This document shows, in pieces, positions 1 through 11,951 of a DNA stretch of 23,254 nucleotides. The translations under genes were made by a program, and so were the position numbers. Position 1 is the first letter of the stretch; each line of letters begins with the position of its first letter. This DNA is from Paraspadella gotoi (Eukaryota; Animalia; Chaetognatha), in assembly GCA_051294375.1 (NCBI GenBank), contig CM119268.1:6494893-6518146 (forward strand), read 5' to 3'. The notes under the pieces were generated by a model. The model made no database searches and was not told where the DNA came from. It saw nothing but the letters and a program-made list of their open reading frames with translations.

Positions 1-670
1 AGGGAGGGAGAGAGTTAGTGTTGAACGGGCAAGGGAGAAAGAGAAGGCGAGGAGGGTAGAGGGAGAAAGAGAGATGAAGGGAGGGAGTTAGAAGGGAAAG
101 AGATAAGGGGAGTGAAGGGAAAGGGAAAGGCGCTGGTTGGGAGAGAGTTTTGGGCGAAAATGGAAGGAAGAGAGNNNNNNNNNNNNNNNNNNNNNNNNNN
201 NNNNNNNNNNNNNNNNNNNNNNNNNNNNNNNNNNNNNNNNNNNNNNNNNNNNNNNNNNNNNNNNNNNNNNNNNNNNNNNNNNNNNNNNNNNNNNNNNNNN
301 NNNNNNNNNNNNNNNNNNNNNNNNNNNNNNNNNNNNNNNNNNNNNNNNNNNNNNNNNNNNNNNNNNNNNNNNNNNNNNNNNNNNNNNNNNGGCAGTTACC
401 AGGAGAGAAAAAGGGAAAGAGAGAGGGAAAGGATAGAGCAAGCAAGATAGAGATAGAGCAAGATAGAGAAAGGAGGTGTGAGCAAAGATACAGGAGAGGG
501 AGTGGGGGAAAATAGGAAGGAGTTGGGGAGAAATTAGGAACAGTGGAGTGGATAATAGGAAAGAGATAATAGGAAAGAAGTAATAGGAAAGAGATAATAG
601 GAAAGAGATAGGAGAGAGGAGAAAGAGTGAAAGGGATAAAAAATGTTAGTGAGAGAAAAAGGAAGAAGCA
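1..670. repeat. GA-rich low-complexity tract containing a 216-N gap (175-390)
   Basis: Almost purely purine on the + strand, with short degenerate repeats (gagcaagatagag, taataggaaagaga); N run at 175-390. Confidence 0.9.
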
Positions 671-799
671 GAGGCTCGCGAAGGATTAAGGTAAGACGGC
701 TCAGAAGAAGCCTTGGTTTTGCATGTTTGGAAAACAAATGAAGCTAACAAGTTAAGCGAACGTTAATAAACTTTGTAGGTATGAAAAAATTGCAAGATT

Positions 800-1694
800 A
801 CTTGTTTTACAATATTAAACTAAAATAGACTAAATTTTAAAAAATAAATATAATATATATGTAATATAATAGCACTAATTATAAAATCAATTATCGCCTA
901 AAGATCGAAATCGATTCCGACTGTGAAAGGATCGTCCCGTTTCTCTTGGGAGATGGAATCCCAAACTGGAGGAGGAAGAGGAGGAGGAGGGGGAGGAGGA
1001 AGAAGGTAGGGGGAGGAGGAAGAGGGGGAGGAGGAAGATAAGGAAAGGGTTCGGGGAAAAGAAGAAAATTAGAGAAAATAAGAGAAGAAGGGGAAAGAGG
1101 AAGAAAAGGAAAAAAAGTAAATTGAGCTGGAGACGCGATGAGAGATCAATGAACTCATTTACCAATTATACAAAATGTTTTTATTTTTAAAAATAAACTT
1201 TCTCCATTTTTAGGAAACTNNNNNNNNNNNNNNNNNNNNNNNNNAAAAAGAGAGAGATACAGAATTACTTTTTATACACATTAAACTAAAATAGACTAAA
1301 TTTTAAAAAAATAAATATAATATATATGTAATAAATAGCCACTAATTATAAAATTCAATTATCGCCTAAAAGATCGAAATCGATTCCGACTGTGAAAGGA
1401 TCGTCCGTTTCTTGGGAGTGGAATCCAAACTGGGGAGGAGCAGAGGAGGAGCGGGAGGGGAAGAGGGTAGGAGAAGGAGGGGGAGAGACAGTGAAGAGGG
1501 GAGGAGGAAAGATAGGAAAGGTTCGGGGAAAAGAAGAAAATTAGAGAAATAAGAGAAGAGGGGAAAGAGGAAGGAAAAGGGAAAAAAAGTACAATTCGAG
1601 CTGGAGACGCGATGAGAGATCAATTGAACTCACTTTACCAATATATACAAAAGTTTTTATTTTTAAAAATAAACTTTCTTCCATTTTTAGGAAA
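800..1694 (+). repeat. ~420 bp imperfect direct duplication across a 25-N gap (copies ~800-1219 and ~1265-1694)
   Basis: Both copies run from attaaactaaaatagactaaattttaaaaaa through gatcgaaatcgattccgactgtgaaaggatcgtcc to ccatttttaggaaac and differ mainly by 1-2 nt indels. The gap at 1220-1244 is exactly 25 N. Confidence 0.95.
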
Positions 1695-1775
1695 CATTAT
1701 AAACTCACGTAACTGGCAAAAAAAAGAAGCTTGTATAGAAAAATCCCTTTAGTTGACTTCAGGTACTCTTTTTTT

Positions 1776-1792
1776 TTCTCTCTCTCTCTCTC

Positions 1793-1823
<31 letters not shown>

Positions 1824-1880
1824 TCTCTCCTCTCTCCCTAAAAAAATCCACATTTCTTCTCCTCTCCCTTCTCTCCTCTC
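1776..1880. repeat. (CT)n microsatellite / pyrimidine tract
   Basis: Interrupted (CT)n run read directly. Confidence 0.95.
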
Positions 1881-2961
1881 CCAAAACACTTTCTTCCCCC
1901 TCCTACTCCCGTGTATAATTGAATTTATATATGTTTTGGGGGAAAATCTTGTGAATGAAGGCAGAAGACCCACGCCTCTCTACGAATTTCCGTGACTGAA
2001 GCGAAAGATCACGCCTTCTCATAAATCATTAGACTAAAGTGGGAAAAAACTCACATCTGACGAAAAAAATAAATGCGCGCTGAAGTTAGGGAGTTGAGAT
2101 ACCACGTGGGGCGGAGAAATTTATGAAACTTTTTAATTCAGGTAAATTTTGAATAAAAAAGTCAAAGTAGTTAAAAATAAAAAGATAAAGTAGTAAAAAA
2201 TAGGCTACTGTAAGTTAAAAAGACTGTTTTGAACTTAAAACTTAAGTTTATCGTTTTTAAATCAACTTAATAAAATATTTCTTATTATCAGCTTATCAAT
2301 AAGCCAAACATATTGACATATAAAGGAGTATAGCACAAATGTAGTATTAATTGCTAAAGAAGGAAAAAATTTATACAATAATGTTTATTTAAACATTATC
2401 TTCATGCTTGAACTCCATAAAACTTTGAATTAAGACAAATTAACAAATTTAACAAATGCTTTAAACATTGTATATATCCCGATCATAGCGACAAGACGCA
2501 GGTTCTCACGAGCTTGCGACCGAAGCGAGAAATCACGCTCCGCGCAAAACTATAGATCTTCCTTAATATTCTTGGTTCACTCGGAGGCGAATCACGATTG
2601 AGTCGTTGGAAGCAAAGACAGAAGAGAGGTTGAGAAAAAAAGTGGCGGGGGGGGGATAAGGTGTGGAGGGGGGCGAAGGAACTGAGGAAGTGCGAGTAGG
2701 GATACAAGGAGAGAAGAGGGGAAAACGTTTTGCGAAGGAGGATTTATTGGACAAAGAAGAACAGGAAACAGGCTGCCGCGCTGATAAAGCGGTAATACCC
2801 ATGATTAAGGGTATGCAATGCAACTAGGAGAGGTGAGAAGTACTGCGGAAGGGAATATTGTACAATGGTAAAACATTTTCGAGAGAAGGATATGATCAAT
2901 GAGAAAAAAAAGGAGGAAAGAGCGCGAAACAACTGTCTACTGATGAATTACTGAGATATAT

Positions 2962-3592
2962 CTATATAGTAAGGCGTAGTTAAAATTCTAAATTTAACTT
3001 TAATAAAATTTTACAAAGTTGAGGGAAACGAAACACATTACTATTAATGAACCATTTATGTAATAAAAAATTTATAATAGATTTTACACTTTACGCGTAT
3101 GGCCTATATTATCATCTAGTATAAACCAATAATTAAAATTTTCAAAAACGAGTTTTTTTAACATTTTTTTGTAGATGTTGGATCGTCATAAAAAGTTGAT
3201 AAAAAGAAATTAACTCTTTTAAAAATTCCTTCATTAAGTGGTCAAAAATTAGAAAAAGCTAAATTTTTAAGCTGGAAATTAATTTTGTTATATCATTAAT
3301 ATAGTTTTTTTAATTTTTAAACACTTAATTGAAAGAATTTTAAAAATGATTATATTCTTTTATTAACTTTCGACGAGTGAATTCAAACTGCAATAAAATT
3401 AAAAAAAGCCTATTTTGAAAATTTTCCGATTTATAAGATAGTACCTATATATAAACTAAGCCTACTGCGAAAATTAAAAAACATAAAATATAATTTTTTT
3501 TACAAAATTAATGTTCACTGATTGATATGTGTGTTCATCAATTAACTTTTAGAATTTTCGTATGTAACTTTCACTACGCCTTAACTATATAG
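2962..3592. mobile_element. AT-rich foldback / MITE-like palindromic element, ~630 bp
   Basis: Left end ctatatagtaaggcgtagt (2962-2980) is the reverse complement of actacgccttaactatatag (3573-3592) with one indel. Internal pairs: aaaattttcaaaa vs ttttgaaaatttt, and aaaattccttcattaagtg vs cacttaattgaaagaatttt. Centre aaattaattt at ~3277-3286, with no adapter-like sequence and no ORF. Confidence 0.6.
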
Positions 3593-4223
3593 GCACCACT
3601 AAATTTAACCCCCATTTCAATACATCTTCGAAACTTTTTCATAATATTCTTGGTATGTTCTCCGTGTTTCCTCTTTTCTTCATTGTAAATTCTTATTCGC
3701 TTATATTCTTGAAGAAAAAAAAAAGAAATTGTTAAAAGAAAACGTGAGATGGAATTTGGATGAGAAAATCGAGAGAAACAAAAAAAAAGTTGTTTTTTTT
3801 AAGTTGGAAAAGTTTATTTTTTTAAATGTTTTCCTCAACTTCAACTGTATTATAATTAAAACAATTTAGAAAAATATCAAAATCATATTTTTAATAATTA
3901 AATAGACTAATTTAACCGATTTTGGGTAAAGGCATCCCATGGTGAGAAAAAATTAGTCTAGAACCCCAACTTAGCCTGAATGAGTATTTTATGGATTTTT
4001 AGTAATATGATAATATTTATTTGTTTTCAATGCACTTCAGTGTGTTTTAATCTTGTTTGTTATGATAACTTTTCGCGCCATCTACTTTCCTTTCCCAGTC
4101 GTACTTCTCTTCATCTTTAACTTCTCTTTCCTTCCTCTCTTTTCTTCCTCTCTTTCCTTCCTCTCTTTTCTTCTCCCTCGATTCGGAACCAAAAGAATCG
4201 GGCGAAGAATCATTTGCATAATA

Positions 4224-4451
4224 GGAGAAGACATGACGTTCGCGGGATAAGCAATGAATAGGGGTTGAAAGGGAGTGGCATGGGAGAGACATGGAAAAGA
4301 CATGGCTTGAGTGGGATAAGCAATAAATGGGGGTTGAAAGAAAGCAGCATGGGAGAGACATGCTTTTAGTGGGATAAGCAATTAAAGGGAGCAGCAGGAG
4401 ACAGAAATAGGAAAAGTAAACAGCGAAGCTGAAGGCAATGAGACATGCTTC
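4224..4451 (+). repeat. Minisatellite, ~58 bp unit, about 3 to 3.5 copies
   Basis: gggataagcaat at 4244, 4313 and 4371 (spacings 69 and 58); ggggttgaaag and gcatgggagagacatg each occur twice; agacatg recurs throughout. Confidence 0.85.
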
Positions 4452-5022
4452 AAGCAATTTAAACTTAGAGTAAACCACTATTGGGCTGTATCAAGATAGT
4501 AACATTATTATCATAGCAGAAACTGATTTGTTACTATTAGTGACAGAAGTACATGAAAGTTGTCAACTCTCATGAGGCCATTTTTAACAATATTTTTTTT
4601 TATTCTGTCCCAAAATCAAGCGAATGCCAAAAGCTTCTACTGACTTTTCCGTCTCACCAAATAAAAAGTCCAATTAGCGTCTTTCAGATATTCAATTTTC
4701 TTGACGATGAGAGACGTGTCTATGGAACTTCTCTCGGTTCGTGGCCAAGGACGATTTAACGAGCGACGAATGGACGGATTGGGTATCAACGACAAAAAAT
4801 AAAAACCAGGAGACAAAACTTGAGTCAACAAATTCTAAGAGCGCCCCATTTCAGTCTCTGTAATCTTTGAAATTAATTTTAACCCTTATATTTAATGCTA
4901 ATCTGTTAACAAACCGTTAACCCTCATCTCTTAATACCAACCTAATCCGTAAACCCTAATCACTAACCTATTAGCCGACCCTGACGAATTTAAGATGAAA
5001 TAAGGCGTTTTGAAAAAAAAAA

Positions 5023-5047
5023 NNNNNNNNNNNNNNNNNNNNNNNNN
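5023..5047. other. 25-N gap with a short duplicated flank
   Basis: ataaggcgttttgaaaaaaaaaa before the gap and ataagcccccgcttttgaaaaaaaaaa after it. Confidence 0.9.
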
Positions 5048-5252
5048 ATAAGCCCCCGCTTTTGAAAAAAAAAAGGCTATATGAATTTTTCCCCAAAAGT
5101 ATTCTATGTAACTTCTTTTAAAAAGATGCGATAAATTAAAGTTTCCTATGCGAAAACATTTTTTTTACAAACTAGTCAAATGCTCAGCCATCTCTCTTCG
5201 CTGTGACAATCATCAGTAATTACGGTCACGAGACACAAATCACGCGATGCAA

Positions 5253-5286
5253 CCACGTGATTGCATCACACGATGCAATCACGTGG
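5253..5286. repeat. Perfect 15 bp inverted repeat (4 nt loop) carrying two CACGTG E-boxes
   Basis: ccacgtgattgcatc (5253-5267), loop acac, gatgcaatcacgtgg (5272-5286). A third CACGTG lies at 5300-5305. Confidence 0.9.
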
Positions 5287-5613
5287 CCTTGCCAAATTTC
5301 ACGTGTCCCGGAATCCAGGCACGGAAAGGGACCGTGACGAGAAAAAAACGTGACTAAAAGAAAGTGGAATGTTTCAAGGAAAAATCAAAAAAAAAAAAAA
5401 GGGGAGGAAGTTGGGGCGGGAAGATGTGGCAGGGTTAACCAGTAGGAGGGGGAGAGGCAGAAGGGAGAGGGAAAAAAAAAGAGGAAATTCGGAAGAGAAA
5501 GGAAATCGACGAGAAGACTTGGAAAAATGGGCGGTCGTGAGAGCCCGGTAACCTGCCCAACAGCGAAGAAAAGCTAAGGAAACACGGGGGAAGGATATGG
5601 AAAAAAAAAAAAA

Positions 5614-6501
5614 ACGGTTCAGAATAGAATTTAGGATAAGCTTAGGGAAAAAAAATATCAGTATTGGTAAGGAAACGAATCGGCTAAAGAAAAATGACAA
5701 AAACAAAGATAATTACGCAGTTAAAAGCGTTTGATTATAGATTAATAACAACATAGTATAAAACCCAAAACCTTGATGAAACGTTGACCGTCTAGTCCGA
5801 GATGGTAGGCGATGAGACAGCCGAACAGACACTGACAGAAGGATAAGTGGACGGCACGAGACGACTCACTTCGCTCGGTTCGTCGTTCATTGTGACGCTA
5901 GTCTTAATTTTCACGTCGGGGAAATCGAGTTAGATGGGAGGGAGGGAGAGAGAGGAGAGAAGAGAAGAGAGCGCGAGGCCGGCAGCCGAGCGAATGAGAG
6001 ACCGAGGATGAGGAGAAGAGAGAGAGAGAACCTTGGATTGAATGATCGCGAGACCGGTACGGAAAGAAGAAGACAATATAAAAAATGGCGGGAGCCGAGA
6101 ACGGTTAAACCTGTTGAGGAAGACAAAGCGATCGAGGAGAAAAGAGAAAAGAGAAGGGGAGAGGAGGAAGACGAGAGAACAGGAGGAGAAAGAGAGCAAA
6201 GGACAGATGAAGAGAGGAGAGAGACGATGAAATGAGAGAGAGCGAGGGACGAGACGAGAGAGAGGAGAGAACGGATGAATGTAGAGTAGAACCGTCGTTT
6301 AGACGTCTCAATCGAAGGAGCGAACGTGCAATCAATAAACCAAGCGAGAAACATGGAAAAAATCCACAGACGATTAGCGTCGAGGATATAAACGAGGATG
6401 TAGGAGAAATCGTCGACGGCCGAATCCGAACAAAAGGGAAACGGTGGAATCGGAGTTATTACGATAGAGAGCAGTGTGAGCGGAAGGGTTAAAAAAACAA
6501 A
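5614..6501 (+). repeat. Direct repeat X, copy 1 (noisy), with an internal GA-rich tract
   Basis: Matches 14423-15184: gaatagaatttagg, acgcagttaaaagcgt, ttgtgacgctagtcttaattttcacgtcggg, cgaatccgaacaaaagggaaacggtggaatcggagtt. Confidence 0.95.
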
Positions 6502-9500
6502 TTACTTACCATCGAGAATATTGGGTGATCGGTCCATGGTTTACGTGTGCGCGCGGGCCACGCCTCACAGAGAGCTACTGGCCGGGCAGAATAGGTTCTT
6601 CTCTGGGATGCCTCGAGATAGGCCTTGCGGCGTCAGTTGAGTGTGGTAACTAAGTCGCTTGTCAAGGTTTAGTCTGTGAGTAAATTCTATATATCCCGCA
6701 GGTCGTGCGGCCTAATATTCGTCAAATCACGTTCGAGATGAGAAAATTCAGATGGTTAGTTTAAAATTCGTTGATTTTGTGCAATTGAGCGAATTATTTT
6801 CGCCTCATCGTCAAAAAAATATAGTACAATTTTCGAAGTTAAAAAAGAATATAGTCCGACTCGCGTGTATTTCTCGTTTTTTATCAAATAATCCGATTTT
6901 ATCTAAAAATCTGGACATCCTTGCGTGGACGCAATAGAGAAACGTCCTGAATGATGCTGAATCTGGGCCCACTCTCTATTTCTACACTTATCAAGAGAAC
7001 ACCGCGGTAAAATATAGGTGAAATAACTCTGAAATTATTTCTCTTAATATCCATGATGCGGGACTGATTTATTTCTTCTCTCGGACGAGTCTGATGTAGA
7101 CCATTTTTTCCAACGTGAAGGCCGAAAATACAAGCAGTCATGGATCTCCATGGAAACCAAAAGAACTTAAGAAACATTCGGGCGTTTCATACGGGCCCGA
7201 GTTATGTAAACGCGGGTTGGCTTCCAGATTTCCTCCAATCGATTGATGTCCCAGAATTCTTACCGCTCCATGTGTTTTTTCCTGTCGGCGCCTCGTGGAT
7301 GCTGGATACGCTCTTTTGCTGATTTCGGTTCCTAGCGCGCACTTACCGTTAGCAATGACCTATTACGCCACCGTTCAAACGGTGATTGCCGCCAAGAAGA
7401 ATCCCTACGAGTCTCCTCGTCGAAATCCATTCGACAGCGAATCGACCATCTTTTCGGCTATGATATGTTTAAAATTATATTTTGTATATCTTCGGTTTTA
7501 AGAAAACATGACGAACTTATTATACTCCAATGATCGTGATCTATGTGGCGGTAAATCATACCACGGAAACTAACCGAGAAAACACACAGATAGCAGTCGC
7601 CAGCAGAGTCTATCATCGAGCCCTCCGTGACTCCGGACGAGTCGAGGTTGTTTTCACATCTCCGAACTGCGGGGGAAACACGCACGTCTCCAAGCGCTAG
7701 TCCTCCGGAGGACGAAAGACCAGGGTACCAACAGATCATGAGCGCCACAAATTCCATCGTGTCTCCCGCCGTACACGGAGCCCTGTCAGAGGCAATTATC
7801 TGTCCTGCTTTATTACGTCCAGAGCGCACAGTCACCTGAGTCCTATTTGCCACGAGATCCAAGGAGAAGAGGGGAGTGGGACGACACAACCTCGGGAGAA
7901 CCTATCTCTAGAGTTGCACGAAACCAAGTGTGGACGGGAGACCTAAGTAAGAAGGCCCGCGATTTAATCAAGAAAGGAGGATGACCGGCTAGACAGACGG
8001 ACTCGTAAAACGTCGGCGGCAGCGGATGAGGGGAAAAAAAAAGAAGATATAGAAAAGTCGTAGAGTACATGTTGCCGAGGAAAAAAAACTGGCTGGGACC
8101 GAAAAAACCTCGAAAAGAAAAAGTTTTGAGATTCGACGACATTTCATGCTTTTTTGTACTCTTGCTCATCCGCATATTCTGATTTGTTAACAACGCGTCA
8201 GAATATCGCTCATCCGCCCTCTTCGGATATTACGATGAGGGAAAGTTGATCCAACTAATAAATTCCCGGGCAATACCCTCACCTCAAATAGAACTTACTC
8301 TTTGTGTTATATTTTTGTCAGTGTATCCGCGCATGCATAATACCGAATATGTGCGTTAATCAGTTTTCTTCGGCGGCACGAAATAACGAAATATATTGGT
8401 TTTTCCCAATGGTTTGCTCTTAATTGTCGTTAGGTTATGGTCCTGAGGAGGTTGAAATTAAATTTTCCACCTTATGTCATCCGGATGCTAATACCAAAAA
8501 GACCTAGGAAAAATTATCTTGAATTCAAATGATTTTCACGATTAATTGTGAAATTCATATACTCTGTTTATATAAATATCCAATTTTTATCACTGTTAAG
8601 ATCTAAGACAATAGGTTCTCCTTCTCTCAGAAACTGTTTTGTTTTGGCTACTTAAGCTAGCAATACCATTCTTAGAAACCATTCCTAGTCACTATTGTTA
8701 TAATATCCCACACATATATGGGCTAAGCTAAGACTGGAAAGATAAAGTGTGTTATATTATATATTAACTAAAAGATTATCACTAGTATAAAAACAATTTA
8801 TTTATACGAATGGTTTCGATAAAAAGTGCACCCCACATACTCAAAAATCTTTAATGGTGTTCAGATTTTTGACAGTAAAAATTGAAAGTTTTCGAATTAT
8901 TCTCATTTGCTGCTTAATTTCTTCTTAAGTGAACTAAGGATTATCAAATAGTCTAATCAGAATTAAAGATTTCATCAAACAATGGAAGACGAATTTTACA
9001 AGATGATAGAACACGAATGGCAAGCGTACGAGAAACGTCAGTCAAAGAATTGGGACGAATACAACACACGCTATTTATTAGCCGATACTATATTCGCGTT
9101 TTCGGTTTACTCCTATTACGTCATTCACCGGGATCCTTATAAGTAGCGATCTTTGTGACTAGAATTCGCGATTTTTGAAATTTTATTTGGAAAAAGAAAA
9201 AAATACTTACTATTTTTTTAATCTTTTATTTATATTTTTTGCCTCCATTTGCATTAAAGCGGTTTTTCAATACGGAATCGATCGCGGTATATGATCAGCT
9301 CTCTGGTGCTCTCGTTGTTTTCCGGGATCCCATTTTGGCCAGGGGGTTTGGAGACCGGTCCGTTGGAGCTTTGAGTTTCTCCAGGAGGTTTCAGAGCAGG
9401 GATATGGCAACTTATGGTTAATAAAGATATTTCAAAGCCTTCAAGGTATTGCAGAGGCCTCACATCAGCATTTGTCAGGAACCTGTTGCTCTGGGACAGC

Positions 9501-11951
9501 AACGGAGCAGCAGAGAGAGGATGAACGAAGAGGAAAGGCAAAAGGACGAGGGACAACATCCAAAGCTTGACAAGGCTGCTCGACAGACGACGTTTGTACT
9601 GCCCATACCCTGCTGGACAAAAGAAGGGAGGAGGAAACACGAATAATATACGACGGATACGAAAGTTGGAGCGACAATACCGCGGAACGTTCGCACGGCG
9701 CGCGTCCGGTATTCTGATCAGAACCCGTTTATGGAGGAAATTGAGGCAAAAAATAATTTTTAGACAAAGAGTAAAAAATAAAATATTATTTTCTTGTTTT
9801 CCAATAAATCTCCAAAGATAATCAGCGAGATCTTCAAAATAAACAAGGCCCGTGATGACGGTGGACTATATTAAAAAACCGAAAAGCGCGAATAAAAATC
9901 GGCATAAACGATTACGACTGTACGGCCCAAAAATCCCATTTTGATTCTTTACTATAGGAATTTTGAAATTCCGTACATAAAAAATTAGCCAAATGAGAAC
10001 TTAATTCGAAAACTTCATTTTTACTGTCAAAATCTGAACAAAAAATTTGAGTAGGGGGAAGTGCACTTACGAAAATCGAAAATAAATTAACATATTTTTT
10101 TAAAAAACACCTACGTATCCAGTCGAACTTATATGAACTCAATAAGAGAAGTGAGAATTTTTAAAAAATAAGTGTAACTAAACCAAAAGCAGATAACAGC
10201 TCTTCTGAAACAGGAAAACATATAGTCTTGAAACAGTAAAAAATTAGATAATAAGTCAGAAACAATTAAAGCTCTCAAATACTGAAGAAGCAATCAGTTA
10301 CATCAGAATTTCAGGTTACTGGGTGCTCTCCAGTCGCGCCTATGGGGAAAATCTCACTCGGCCCTGGTCCTAACGAAATTCAAAGCAAAATTGGGAAAAA
10401 ACAAATTTTCGTTGTTTCGGACCGAAGCCTTCTGTAAAGAATTTTCGGTTATTAGCCATAGCAATAAAAATGAAAAATATAACACCAAAGAGTAAGTTCT
10501 TTGAAGGTTGAGTGATTATCGTATTTATTTTGTAACTCTTCCCTCATCTAATATCGAAGACAGGTATGATTTAGTTTAAAAGTGACGGAATTCGCGATCG
10601 GGAAAAATTGGTTCATTCGGGTCCGCGACGAACGCGCGCCGCCCGTACGGAAGTCGTTGCTAGAGAGACACCCTTTTCTGATAAACGCACGGGCCTCCAC
10701 AGGCTCGGTACAACTTGGTTTCGGTCAACAAGAAGAGCCGAGTGGTCGAACTCTGATCCGGAAATGGACTTATGACGGTCGTTCTGGCGCTATTAAAGGA
10801 CGATAATTTCTCGCGCGCTGAGGCCGAGACGATGGAATTGCTCGTAAATTGATCGGATGCTTCGCCTCGGAGGACAGCTGCTTGAAGCGTGTGTGTCCCC
10901 CGCAGTCGACAAGGAGACAGACCCATCGAAGCGAGTAGGGACGATAGAGCTACGTCCAGTCATCATATCTTAGTAGATATGGATGGAGACACACCGACAC
11001 CAGTAAAACATCGAGCAAAGGTGAGGATTAAGTATACCATCTTAACCGGTAAATATTTTGGTGAGTACCAGATTAGCGAAGGAGAGGCGATCGCGGTGAT
11101 CGAATGCGATTTTCGACGAGAGGACTTCGAGGGATGCTTCTTGCCACAGATCACTCGTTGAAGGCCTAAATAGTCTCTAACGCTGCGGCTAACGAAAATC
11201 AGCATAGGAGACTAGATCCTCAGCATCCACGAGCAAAGGCAAACGGAAAACGATGGGGCTCGTGAGTACGGTACTATCAGCTCACAAATGATGGGACGGA
11301 GCCAACCGCGATCACTACGGCGTATATAAACGGCACGGCGGATGTTCTCTTGGTTTCCAATGAGACGGACGCTTGTAATATCGGGGGCCACGCTCAGTTA
11401 TTCACTGCTGGCAATCCAGCGAGTCCAAAGACACTATATCTCACGTCTCCATCATGGAATTAATTGCCATATGCGAGCCATTGGCGCGATGTACACAGTA
11501 GTTGATGAGAGAGGCCCCCAGTATCTCGCAATTCAATCAGACGTTACTGGGCTCTCTCTATTCGTCCACCAGCCTGATGGTCTCCATGATGTGTGTGAGG
11601 ATATACTTCGATATTTGTAAAAAACTTAGAAAAACTGCGACTTTGGTGTTTTTAACTCGAAATGTTTACTGATACTCCCCACGATGAGCGAAAATCCTAT
11701 TGACAAAATGAGTCCTCTAAAAAACAGTGGGAATTTCTCGTTCGAACATGTGTGTGGAACGATTAGGGACGACGGCGGATAATCAAAGATTATCTTCAAA
11801 GAGCCTAAGAACGCGTTAGACGCGACTTAACATAACGACCGGCCGCAGGCATTTCTCGGAGGCACCCCAGGAAGCAAGAACCATTCCTCCGGCGTCGTCT
11901 CTGTACTGCGTGCCGCAGATCCAGATGATAAAATCTCGATGGAAGTAATTT
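6499..11951. repeat. Large imperfect inverted repeat 1 (arms ~6499-9488 and ~9523-11951); probable unsplit PacBio subread
   Basis: Colinear reverse-complement anchors: aaattacttaccatcgaga 6499 with tctcgatggaagtaattt 11934; tggaaaccaa ~7151 with ttggtttcca ~11350; gaacttactcttt ~8291 with aaagagtaagttc ~10487; gttcagatttt...gacagtaaaaa ~8859 with ~10018-10039; agcagggatatggca 9395 with tgcccataccctgct 9600. The innermost anchors put the fold axis at ~9505. Confidence 0.93.
9489..9522 (+). other. Degraded PacBio SMRTbell adapter at the fold axis (technical sequence)
   Basis: ctctgggacagcaacggagcagcagagagaggat resembles ATCTCTCTCAACAACAACAACGGAGGAGGAGGAAAAGAGAGAGAT, and its midpoint (~9505) coincides with the independently derived fold axis. 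Confidence 0.8.

Noticed and set aside
4224-4451. CRISPR array
   Set aside because: The intervening sequences resemble each other, the conserved core is only 12 nt, no cas genes are present and the context is eukaryotic.
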